From positions 1,573,602-1,637,601 of the forward strand of contig OY761465.1 of the NCBI GenBank assembly GCA_963664535.1: a DNA stretch of 64,000 nucleotides. Reading direction: 5' to 3'. Below the pieces are notes generated by a model. The model worked only from the letters and a program-made list of their open reading frames with translations. It made no database searches and had not been told where the DNA came from. The position numbers and the translations under genes are program-made. This document shows positions 28,549-37,425 of the stretch, piece after piece. Origin of the DNA: Candidatus Binatia bacterium (GTDB lineage: Bacteria > Desulfobacterota > Binatia > UBA9968 > JAJDTQ01). The stretch's first letter is position 1; every line of letters begins with the position of its first letter.

Positions 28549-31245
28549 TTGAGCACGGAAGATCCGTTGGTGACAGCGTTGAGCCTCTCGTCCGGAGCAG
28601 AATTTCAGAAATGCGCGCTCCAGATCAACCCTCGGCACTATTCAGGTACGTATCGCGGCCAGCAGGCAACGCTCGGCGATGACGAATACGTCAGCGCACT
28701 AATAGACAAGGCAATGGACCTCGGAATCACAGTACTGGCGGTAACGGATCACAATCACGTAGGAGGCGTGGATGCGATCAGAATCGCGGCGCAAGAGCAG
28801 AAAATTCACGTGTTTCCTGGTTTCGAGTTGTCATCGACCGAAGGTATCCACGTCCTTTGCCTTTATTCACCAGAAACCACAGAGGAACAACTAGGTCGTT
28901 TTCTCGGCGAGTTCGGCATTCGTGCCACTACGACGTCAAGTGACTTGTGCGACAAGTCTTTCTCCGAACTCCTCGCATGCGTGCATGATCAGGGAGGCAT
29001 TTCCATCGCGGCGCATGTCACACATGACAATGGGTTGCTGCGGACCCTCCAGGGACAGCCTCGGGTCCGTGCCTGGAAGGACGAAAACCTCTACGCCATC
29101 CAAATCCCCGGACCGGTCAACGACCTTCCGGACGACATACGGCCGATCGTTCAAAATAGGAATGGCGACTATTTCCGGGAATACGCACCCGAGCCCGACC
29201 TTGCCATAGCGACAGTTAACGCAAAGGATGTCGCGGCGCCAGACGACCTCGCTGACCCATCGGCTACTTGCTGGATCAAAATGTCCGAGGTCAGCATGGA
29301 AGGCCTGCGCCAAGCATTTCTCGATCCCGGGTCGCGAGTCCGGCTGAACAGCGATCCGGTGCCTGAGGAGCACTCTGAGCTTGTCGCCATGGGATGGCAA
29401 GGGGGCTTCCTGGACGGCACAATGTTCCACTTCAATCCAAATCTGAACGTCTTGGTGGGAGGTCGTGGTGCAGGCAAGTCAACGGTAATCGAAAGCTTGC
29501 GTTATGTACTCGGACTAGAACCGTTAGGTGAAGAGGCCCAATCGGGCCATGCAGGTATTCTCCGTAACGTCCTCCGTAATGGTACCAAGGTGTCTCTCCT
29601 GGTTCGTTGCCATCGCCCAGGGCCGCGAGACTACCGCATCGAACGCACCGTCCCTAATCCGCCGGTCGTACGCGATACTCAGACAGGCGAGGTGCTAAGC
29701 GTAGCGGCGACCAACATTTTTCCCGGTGTAGAGGTCTATGGGCAGCACGAGATTTCGGAACTCACAAAGAGTCCGGAAAAGCTGACCCGGTTGCTTGAGC
29801 GGTTTGTGGAGCGAGACGATTCCGTAGGCAACCAGAAGCGCGAACTGCACCGCGAACTGGAACGCTTGCGTAGTCGGATTCTCGCGGCTCGTAAGGAGCT
29901 CAGCCAGATAGGGGAAAGACTGGACGCTCTGCCAGGACTTGAGGGGACGCTACGGCGCTATCAGGAAGCGGGGTTGGAACAGGACCTGAAAGAACAAAGT
30001 CTTCTGGTACGGGAGGAGGGTGTCCTCGAAACCATACCCGAGCGCCTACAACCGTTGCGGTCCTGCTTGGATGGGTTGCAGCAGGAGTTACCGATTGACC
30101 GGACTTTCCTCTCCCCAAAAGCTCTGGAAGATCTGCCTGGGAAAGCGATCTTGGCTGGTGCCAATCAAGTGTTAGCGAAACTGAACGCCGATCTGGAGAA
30201 AGTGTTACCCGACTTCACTCGGGCACTCGACAAGGCCGAACAGGGTCTCCAAGGTGTCCATCGACAGTTCGGCGAGCGTAGGACCGCGGTGCAAGCAGCG
30301 TACGAGAAGAAGCTTCGGGAACTCCAGAAAGCCAGGATCGACGGTGAGGAGTTCATACGGCTCCGACGTCGGATAGAAGAGTTACGACCCCTCAAAGAAC
30401 GGCAAACGACTCTAGCTCGGATGGAGACGGACCAACAAGAACGACGCCGGAATCTGTTGGCTGAATGGGAGGACATTAAGGCAGCAGAGTTCCGGGCGCT
30501 GGAACGCGCCGGCAAACGTGTCACGCGGAAACTCGAAGGCCGTGTTCGTGTACGTGTCGAGTTTGGCGGAAACCGCGAGGCATTGTTCCAACTCCTCCGT
30601 GATGAGATAGGCGGACGACTGTCCGAGACGATCGACATTCTGCGACAGTCCGACAACTTGTCTCTCAGCGCTTTTGTAAAGGCTTGTCGCCAAGGTCCGG
30701 ACATTCTTCTCACGGAATTCGAAATCTCGGGTGTTCAAGCAGATCGTTTGGCTCAGGCCCCCGACGAGATTCTCATGCAGGTTGAAGAGCTTGACCTCCC
30801 GTCCATCACAAAGATCGAGCTGAACACGGCACCTCCTGACGAAAGGGAAAACTGGCAAGCGCTCGATCAGCTCTCCACTGGCCAAAAGGCAACTGCTGTA
30901 CTGTTGCTCTTGCTACTTGAGTCCGATGCACCACTCGTCGTGGATCAACCGGAGGATGATCTCGACAACCGCTTCATCACAGAAGGAGTTGTCCCGCGTA
31001 TGCGCGACGAGAAACAGCGTCGCCAGTTTCTTTTCTCGACTCATAACGCAAACATTCCAGTCCTCGGAGATGCCGAACTCATCCTAGGTCTCAGCGCATC
31101 GGGAGAAGCGGAAGAAGGGAACGCGAAGATTGCACCGGAACACATGGGTTCTATCGATGCTCAAGCTGTGAGAGAGCTTGTGGAAGAGTTGCTCGAAGGT
31201 GGCGAGGACGCGTTCAAGCGCCGGCGGCGCAAGTACGGATTCTAG
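28549..31245 (+). CDS. PHP-family phosphoesterase domain fused to an SMC/Rad50/RecN-like ABC ATPase with a long coiled coil (Ppl-like architecture)
   Basis: The N-terminus carries PHP motifs (AVTDHNHVGG, AAHVTHDNG). The ATPase part has Walker A GGRGAGKST, a ~300-aa Leu/Glu/Arg-rich coiled coil, signature LSTGQK, Walker B/D-loop VVDQPEDDLD and an H-loop FSTHN. It has a TTG start with a GGGAG RBS. GC is lower than the flanks. Confidence 0.7.
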   Translation: MSTEDPLVTALSLSSGAEFQKCALQINPRHYSGTYRGQQATLGDDEYVSALIDKAMDLGITVLAVTDHNHVGGVDAIRIAAQEQKIHVFPGFELSSTEGIHVLCLYSPETTEEQLGRFLGEFGIRATTTSSDLCDKSFSELLACVHDQGGISIAAHVTHDNGLLRTLQGQPRVRAWKDENLYAIQIPGPVNDLPDDIRPIVQNRNGDYFREYAPEPDLAIATVNAKDVAAPDDLADPSATCWIKMSEVSMEGLRQAFLDPGSRVRLNSDPVPEEHSELVAMGWQGGFLDGTMFHFNPNLNVLVGGRGAGKSTVIESLRYVLGLEPLGEEAQSGHAGILRNVLRNGTKVSLLVRCHRPGPRDYRIERTVPNPPVVRDTQTGEVLSVAATNIFPGVEVYGQHEISELTKSPEKLTRLLERFVERDDSVGNQKRELHRELERLRSRILAARKELSQIGERLDALPGLEGTLRRYQEAGLEQDLKEQSLLVREEGVLETIPERLQPLRSCLDGLQQELPIDRTFLSPKALEDLPGKAILAGANQVLAKLNADLEKVLPDFTRALDKAEQGLQGVHRQFGERRTAVQAAYEKKLRELQKARIDGEEFIRLRRRIEELRPLKERQTTLARMETDQQERRRNLLAEWEDIKAAEFRALERAGKRVTRKLEGRVRVRVEFGGNREALFQLLRDEIGGRLSETIDILRQSDNLSLSAFVKACRQGPDILLTEFEISGVQADRLAQAPDEILMQVEELDLPSITKIELNTAPPDERENWQALDQLSTGQKATAVLLLLLLESDAPLVVDQPEDDLDNRFITEGVVPRMRDEKQRRQFLFSTHNANIPVLGDAELILGLSASGEAEEGNAKIAPEHMGSIDAQAVRELVEELLEGGEDAFKRRRRKYGF

Positions 31246-31254
31246 GGCAACAAA

Positions 31255-32631
31255 GTGACGAAGACAGAGCTTCTGGAGCTGATTGCAAACGGCGAGAACT
31301 CGGGCGTGGACTTTAAGCGCGATGTAATTGACAACCGCGCGCTCGCGAAGGTCCTCGTGGCATTCGCCAACCTGCGGGGTGGACGCCTCCTCCTCGGGGT
31401 GGACGACGATGGAACCGTCCGCGGCCTTACGCGGCAAGATCCACGGTTGGAAACAGAAGAGGATGAGACTGGTCCGCACACGTACCAAGCCCTTGAGGAG
31501 TGGGTGATGCAGGCGTGTCGCGACAAGATCCGCCCCGAGATCATCCCCTACTTCGAAACCTTCCGAGAAGTCGCGCCTGGACGTGACGTGGCTGTCGTAC
31601 AAGTCGGTCGCGGGTGGGGTGTACACCACGTGTGGCACAATCAGCATCGCACCTACTACATCCGCGTCGGGACGTTGAGCCGTGAGGCTAGCCCGGAAGA
31701 ACTGGCGCGGATGTTTCAACAGCGAGGTGCCTTTCGCTTGGAACTACAACCGGTGTCAGGCACTTCGATCGACGACTTGGACCCTCGACGCCTTACTCAA
31801 TATTTTGCGGAGATACGAGAACAGCAAGTCCCGGCATCGAATCCACCTGAGGAGTGGCGTATCGAAACAACGGCATGGGCACGGAACGAGGACCAGAAAC
31901 ATTGGCGGGAACTTGTCGATCAGAGGGAACGAGATTGGTACCGTGAACAGGCAGCCGCATGGAAATCATTGCTCGTCAACACCGAGTTTCTCGCCGAAGA
32001 TGATCCGCAACCTGGGACCGTGGCCGGACTTATGTTGTTTGGTAGCAACCCCAGTCGATTCCTACCCCAAGCGAAGATTGACGCCGCCGCCTACTTCGGT
32101 TCGGTGAAAGACTATGCCGCAAAGGAACGGCGCACGCTGCGGGGACCGCTCGTCAGTTTGAAAGGTGTCGACGGTTCCGTGCTGGAGCCTGGCCTCGTGG
32201 AACAGGCAGTGGAGTTTGTCAGACGGAACATCCAGACGGTGCATCTGGAAGGGGGGATACGCCGCCAAGAACGGTGGGACTACCCGGTCGAGGTCGTTCG
32301 TGAGGTGATCGTCAACGCGGTCGTTCACCGCGATTATCTGCTGTCGAGTTCGGACATCGAACTCAGTGTCTATTCCGACCGGCTTGAGGTCATCTCACCC
32401 GGGCGCTTGGCGAACGGCATCACCACAGAGCGAATGCGAGTCGGATGCAGAAGCGCCCGCAACGAGCTGCTGAAAGACGCCATGCGAGACTACGGTTACC
32501 TCGAGCACATGGGTATGGGCGTACCACGAAAGATCATTCGGGGTATGCAGGAGCAGAACCGCACCGATCCCGACTTTATCGAGGACGACGAACGGTTCAC
32601 TGTACGATTGTGGAAGGATCCGCGGGCCTAG
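31255..32631 (+). CDS. COG2865-type protein: Schlafen-like AlbA_2 (divergent-AAA) N-domain plus a C-terminal HATPase_c_4/RecG-C-like domain
   Basis: The N-terminal motif is ENSGVDFKRDVIDNRALAKVLVAFANLRGGRLLLGVDDDGTV. The C-terminal motif is REVIVNAVVHRDYLLSSSDIELSVYSDRLEVISPGRL. It starts 9 nt after the PHP-ATPase gene. Confidence 0.65.
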   Translation: MTKTELLELIANGENSGVDFKRDVIDNRALAKVLVAFANLRGGRLLLGVDDDGTVRGLTRQDPRLETEEDETGPHTYQALEEWVMQACRDKIRPEIIPYFETFREVAPGRDVAVVQVGRGWGVHHVWHNQHRTYYIRVGTLSREASPEELARMFQQRGAFRLELQPVSGTSIDDLDPRRLTQYFAEIREQQVPASNPPEEWRIETTAWARNEDQKHWRELVDQRERDWYREQAAAWKSLLVNTEFLAEDDPQPGTVAGLMLFGSNPSRFLPQAKIDAAAYFGSVKDYAAKERRTLRGPLVSLKGVDGSVLEPGLVEQAVEFVRRNIQTVHLEGGIRRQERWDYPVEVVREVIVNAVVHRDYLLSSSDIELSVYSDRLEVISPGRLANGITTERMRVGCRSARNELLKDAMRDYGYLEHMGMGVPRKIIRGMQEQNRTDPDFIEDDERFTVRLWKDPRA

Positions 32632-32873
32632 GCGTTCCGAGGATGGTCACAGGCACGGCTGGACTTGAGAAGATCCAATACCGCCAATATTCAAACAACA
32701 GATTTGGAGCGGTTCTGAATCGAGACACAGGCCACGAATCTTCGACAACTCGCTACTGCGTGTCCTTCACCGTTGAAGCCAGGCGAGTTCCAAGTGAACA
32801 ATCGGGCTGAAGCCCCTGACACGACGACGAGCATCCCACGCTGGCCATACGATACGCGTGACCAGTTAATCCG

Positions 32874-33158
32874 CTACTCCGCGGGAATCTCCACGATCAC
32901 GTCGCCGAGCACCTTGGCGACGCAGCCCAGACGCTCGGCGGCATCCGCGCTGAGCATGGACAGCGTCAGCTCCTCATTGTCGTCCATGGGGCTCAGGTTG
33001 TTGTCTCCGGCGAGGATCTTCACCCGGTCCGTGCCGCAGATGGCCTCGGTGCAGTCGTGGCGAAGGGTGACGCCGTTCCGTATGGCCGCCACCAGGATGG
33101 TGGTGCCGTCGTCGACCTCGAAGCTCTGTCCCAGTGGCATGAAAGTGACTCTAGGCAT
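32874..33158 (-). CDS. small hypothetical protein, ferredoxin/beta-grasp-like fold with an incomplete Cys set
   Basis: The N-terminus (RVTFMPLGQSFEVDDGTTIL, HDCTEAIC) is 2Fe-2S-ferredoxin-like, but only three Cys are present. Confidence 0.35.
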   Translation of the reverse strand: MPRVTFMPLGQSFEVDDGTTILVAAIRNGVTLRHDCTEAICGTDRVKILAGDNNLSPMDDNEELTLSMLSADAAERLGCVAKVLGDVIVEIPAE

Positions 33159-33246
33159 GGCGGGTTTGTAGGAGACGCTTGCCGGGTTGTCAAGAAGTTG
33201 CGTCCGATGGGTCGGCGCCCCATCGGCGTCTCAGGGTTTTCGTACA

Positions 33247-33269
33247 GGGGCGGGCTTGAAACCCGCCCC
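33247..33269 (-). terminator. GC-rich hairpin GGGGCGGGcttgaaaCCCGCCCC abutting the stop codon of the MBL-fold gene
   Basis: An 8-bp perfect stem immediately follows the minus-strand gene ending at 33269. There is no clear U-tract. Confidence 0.3.
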
Positions 33270-33991
33270 TACAAATCCACCACCAGGCCGTCCTCCGCCG
33301 TCTCCACCGGCAACGACCGGCGCCGGGCCAGCATCTCTTCTCCCATGTGCGTCAGGATCAGCCGCTTGCACTCCAGCCGCTCACGGCGCGCGGCGATCTC
33401 CACGTAGCTCATGTGCGAGGGAGACGGCGCGTCGTAGTGGCAGCACTCGCAGATGAACAGGTCGGCGCCCCGGCTGTGGGCGATGAACTGGTCCGTCCAG
33501 CTCGAATCCCCGGAGAAGAGCACGGTGCGGCCCGCCACCGTCACCCGCAGGCCCAGCGACACGGCGTCGGTCTGGTGCGGCACCCGGAAGCCCAGCACCT
33601 CGGCGCCGGCCACGGCGGTGACGGTGCCGGGTTGCAACTCGGTGAAGAGGGCGAAAGGCAGATCCTTCTCGCCGTACATCACCTTCATGAGATCGCGGAC
33701 GCGGGTCTCGGTGCCGGGCGGCCCGGCCACCGCGAGGGGGCGGGTCCGAGGCTTGTCGTAGAGGTAGTGGATGAAAAAGAACGGCAGTCCGCCGAAGTGG
33801 TCGCCGTGCAGATGGCTCAGGGTGACGGCGTCGACATCGGCGGGGTCCAGGCCCGCGCGCCTGAGGGCGGGGAGCGTGGAGGGGCCGCAGTCCAGCAGGA
33901 AGAGGCGCGGGCCGTCCTCCAGCAGATAGGCGGTCTGGTTTCTGCCGCCGCTGCCGAAGGCGTCCCCGCATCCGAGGAAATGGACTTTCAC
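33269..33991 (-). CDS. MBL-fold metallo-hydrolase
   Basis: The beta-lactamase-fold metal-binding motif is HLHGDHFGG. It is 240 aa. Confidence 0.75.
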   Translation of the reverse strand: MKVHFLGCGDAFGSGGRNQTAYLLEDGPRLFLLDCGPSTLPALRRAGLDPADVDAVTLSHLHGDHFGGLPFFFIHYLYDKPRTRPLAVAGPPGTETRVRDLMKVMYGEKDLPFALFTELQPGTVTAVAGAEVLGFRVPHQTDAVSLGLRVTVAGRTVLFSGDSSWTDQFIAHSRGADLFICECCHYDAPSPSHMSYVEIAARRERLECKRLILTHMGEEMLARRRSLPVETAEDGLVVDL

Positions 33992-34137
33992 GATGCCGAG
34001 ACTAACAGCGCCGGATCGACCTTGGCAACGCGTGCCGGGTCTGCCACATTCCCCTGAGTATCCCGGTCTTGTTTCGGGGCCGCGTCCGCGGCGCGGCGAA
34101 GCCCGATCGCACTAACTTCGCACATGAAGTCGACTTC

Positions 34138-37100
34138 ATGAAGATCATTCTCGGCCCCTGGCACCCCCACCTGGAACACGCCCTGGCGGACGAAATCCGC
34201 GACCGGCGCGCGCGCGACCGGCTCGCCCCGCTGCTGTTGGCGGTGCCGTCAGAAACGCTACGCCGTCGCATCAAGGTGCTACTGGCGCAAGAGCGCAACC
34301 TCCAACTCCTGAACTTCGATGCGATCACCTTCTCCCAACTCAGCCTGAAGCTCTACCACGAGACCCACGGTCCCGTGGAACCGACGTTGCGCAGCGGAAC
34401 CTTCATGGAGGAGGCCCTGAAACGCGTGCTTCCGGCCCGGGGCCGCTTCGCGGGCATCGCGGACAACGATGGCTCGTGCGCGGCGCTGTGGCAGACCCTG
34501 CGGGACCTCAAGGACGCCGGGGTGGATCCGGATGCGGCCCTGGACGCGCTGCGGGAAGGGCATTTCGGAAACCGCGACCGCGACTCCTTGCAGGCGCTCC
34601 TGGAGTTGCACCGCGAGGTGCAGCGCCGCTTTCCCGAATGGGACGCGCGGGACCGGCAGGACCTCGACGCTCGGGTCGTGCCGCGGGCGCCGTTCTCGCG
34701 CTGGCTCGGGCAGTTCGAGCGCATCTATTACTACGGCTTCTATGACCTGACCCAGACCCAGTTGGACTTGTTGCGGAGCGTCGCCGGCGCTTGGCCGGTC
34801 ACCCTGTTCTACCCGCTTGTACGGGGGGACCCGGACTGGTCCTTCGCCGAAAGATTCTTCGACCGATACCTGATGGGACTGGCGGGGGCGGACGAAGTCG
34901 TGGATCTGCTCGGCGACGCGGCGGCAGACGGCGCCGTTGCGGGCGGCGCTGAAGCCGTCGCTTCGGACGACCCTGAACACGACCCGCCGGACGGCGGCGA
35001 ACGAGCGGCGCGCCGGGCGGACAGTCACCCGACCCGGGACAGCCGGCGCGGGCGGGCGCCCCGCCGCGAGGCGCTCAGTTGCGCCGGCCCGCGCGCCGAA
35101 GTGCTCACCGCGGCCAAGCTCATCCTCGGACTTGTGGAAGAAGAGGGCTTCGAATGGCGCCGGGTGGGCGTAGCCTCGCGCACCCTGGACGGCTATCTTC
35201 CGTGGATCCGGGAGATCTTCCCCGCCCACGGCATCCCTTTCGACACGCCGGCGCGAGAGTCGCTGGCCCGGTCCCAAAGGGTGCGCGCCCTGCTGGCGCT
35301 GCTGGAGCTGCCGGCACGCGACTACCCGCGCGCCGGGGTCATCGATCTGCTCGCGTCCCACCGCTTCAACTTCAGGGCCGTGCTCGGACCCCACGCAGAC
35401 GCCCGGCCGGATCTGTGGGACGTGGCCACGCGTCTCCTGGGCATCGGGCGCGGCATGGGCGAATGGCGCCGGTTGGAGCGCTTCCTCGACACCGGGCTGG
35501 CATACCGGCGCGAACATGACGAGGATACGGACCGGCCCCGGCGCATCGAGGCGGAGGACATCCGCGCGCTACTGAAAACCGTGGAGGCGTTGCACGCGGA
35601 ACTGAGCGCGCTGCCGCCGGAAGGCGCTTGGTCGGAACTCGCGGGGCGCTGCCGAGCGCTCATGGACCGCTTCCTTGCGCCCATCCGGGATGAACGAGAG
35701 CGTGGCGTGATCGGCGCCATCGACGGCGTCCTGGACGAGTTGGCCGCCCTGGACCGCGTTGCCGACCGCGTGGCGGTCCCGGCATTCGCGGCGGCCTTGC
35801 GCAAGGGCCTGGAGCGGGGCTCGGTGCCGATCGTGGGGCAAGCCGCGGCCGGCGTCGCCGTGCTGGACGCCGCCGCCGCCCGCGGCATCCCCTTCGATGC
35901 CCTGTTTCTGCTGGGCATGAACGAAGGGACGTTTCCCCGCGCCATTCGCGAAGACCCCTTTCTTCCCGACCGAGCCCGGAACGTGTTCGAAACCGTGCTG
36001 GGCTACAAGGTGGCCTCGAAGCTGGCGGGATACGACGAAGAGAGGCTCCTGTTCGCGCTGCTCGCCGGCGCGGCGGCCGAGCGGCTCTATTGCACCTGGC
36101 CGCGCGAGGACGCGAGGGAGCGCGCGCTGGCGCCGTCGTGGTACCTGCGCGGGCTGGGCGCGGACGCAGGCCGCCCGGATGTCCTCACGCGGGTGCTGCC
36201 GAAAAACCTTCCAGGCAAACACCCGCCACCGCCCTTCGACAAGGACCGCTGGCTCTTGCCCGAAGAGCTGGCGGTACGCCGGGCGCTCTCGGGAAAGGAC
36301 CCGCGCCCGCCCATGCGCATCGCCGGCGTTTCCATGGACAGCTTCGAACGAAGCCTGCGCGCGGTCCGCGCGCTGGAAGACGGCAGCGGCGCGCCGGGAC
36401 CGTTCGACGGCGACACCGGCCCGCTGGACGAAGTCTGGGCTGACGTGATCGAGCGCGGCGTCTCGCCCTCGATGCTGGAGGCCTACGGGCGCTGCCCGTT
36501 CCAGTACTTCGCCGGCCGTGTGCTCCGCCTGGAACGGCTGGAGCGTCCGGAAGGCAAGACGCCGGTCGGGGCGCTGGAGCACGGAGCGCTCTGCCACGAA
36601 ATCCTGGAACAATTCTACAAGGACACGGAGCAGGCCTTCGGGCCGGACTGGCGCGAGCGGCTGGACCGCGTTGCCGTCCGGGTCCTGTCCGACTTCTCGG
36701 AACGCAACCCCACGGGCTACCCAGCGGCGTGGGAAGTGGCGAGGGAAGAGCTCGTGGACATGCTGCGGCGCGAGGTCGAGGCGGATCGGCGGCAAATGAT
36801 GAAACTGGGCTTCCGCCCCGTGGCGCTCGAAGTGGAACAAAGCGTTGACCTTGCCGCGGCGCTCGATGCGGACTGGCCGAAAGAACTCCGGGACATCCGG
36901 CTTCAGGGACGGCTGGACCGCGTGGACTACAGCGACGCGGACGGCCGTTACCGGATCGTGGACTACAAGTACAAGAGCGGCCGAAAGCCCCAGACCGTGG
37001 ACCAGGACCCCGCGCGCTCCGCGGTCCGCGGGCAAAGGCTGCAACTGCCCATCTACGTGCTGCTGGCGGCCGGCGGCCGCGACAACCGGCTCAACGTGCC

Positions 37101-37425
37101 TGCCGCGACCCAAGTGGACGCGTCCTGGCACTTTCTCGCCCCCCATTGGGAAGAGGGCCCCCTGTCCACCCGTGAGTTCAAGGGGCAGTCGTGGCAGGAA
37201 CCCGAAGGCGAACAGATTCGTGACACGATGACACACCTTCTGATGGGCATTCGGGCGGGGGCGTTTCCCATGGTGCCCGGCGACTATTGCGGCTATTGCC
37301 AAGTGTCGGAGATCTGCCGAAAGAAGCACTTCCCGTCGGTCACGCGCGCGCGGCGGCACCCGGCGGCGGAAGCGTTGACGCGGATGCGAAAGGCCAAGCC
37401 CCTGAAGAAGAAGGATCGGCCATGA
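34138..37425 (+). CDS. addB: double-strand break repair helicase/nuclease AddB-like (PD-(D/E)XK nuclease with C-terminal Cys cluster)
   Basis: It is 1095 aa. The C-terminal CGYCQVSEIC motif is typical of the AddB Fe-S/nuclease region. Its stop overlaps the addA start (ATGA). Confidence 0.65.
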   Translation: MKIILGPWHPHLEHALADEIRDRRARDRLAPLLLAVPSETLRRRIKVLLAQERNLQLLNFDAITFSQLSLKLYHETHGPVEPTLRSGTFMEEALKRVLPARGRFAGIADNDGSCAALWQTLRDLKDAGVDPDAALDALREGHFGNRDRDSLQALLELHREVQRRFPEWDARDRQDLDARVVPRAPFSRWLGQFERIYYYGFYDLTQTQLDLLRSVAGAWPVTLFYPLVRGDPDWSFAERFFDRYLMGLAGADEVVDLLGDAAADGAVAGGAEAVASDDPEHDPPDGGERAARRADSHPTRDSRRGRAPRREALSCAGPRAEVLTAAKLILGLVEEEGFEWRRVGVASRTLDGYLPWIREIFPAHGIPFDTPARESLARSQRVRALLALLELPARDYPRAGVIDLLASHRFNFRAVLGPHADARPDLWDVATRLLGIGRGMGEWRRLERFLDTGLAYRREHDEDTDRPRRIEAEDIRALLKTVEALHAELSALPPEGAWSELAGRCRALMDRFLAPIRDERERGVIGAIDGVLDELAALDRVADRVAVPAFAAALRKGLERGSVPIVGQAAAGVAVLDAAAARGIPFDALFLLGMNEGTFPRAIREDPFLPDRARNVFETVLGYKVASKLAGYDEERLLFALLAGAAAERLYCTWPREDARERALAPSWYLRGLGADAGRPDVLTRVLPKNLPGKHPPPPFDKDRWLLPEELAVRRALSGKDPRPPMRIAGVSMDSFERSLRAVRALEDGSGAPGPFDGDTGPLDEVWADVIERGVSPSMLEAYGRCPFQYFAGRVLRLERLERPEGKTPVGALEHGALCHEILEQFYKDTEQAFGPDWRERLDRVAVRVLSDFSERNPTGYPAAWEVAREELVDMLRREVEADRRQMMKLGFRPVALEVEQSVDLAAALDADWPKELRDIRLQGRLDRVDYSDADGRYRIVDYKYKSGRKPQTVDQDPARSAVRGQRLQLPIYVLLAAGGRDNRLNVPAATQVDASWHFLAPHWEEGPLSTREFKGQSWQEPEGEQIRDTMTHLLMGIRAGAFPMVPGDYCGYCQVSEICRKKHFPSVTRARRHPAAEALTRMRKAKPLKKKDRP

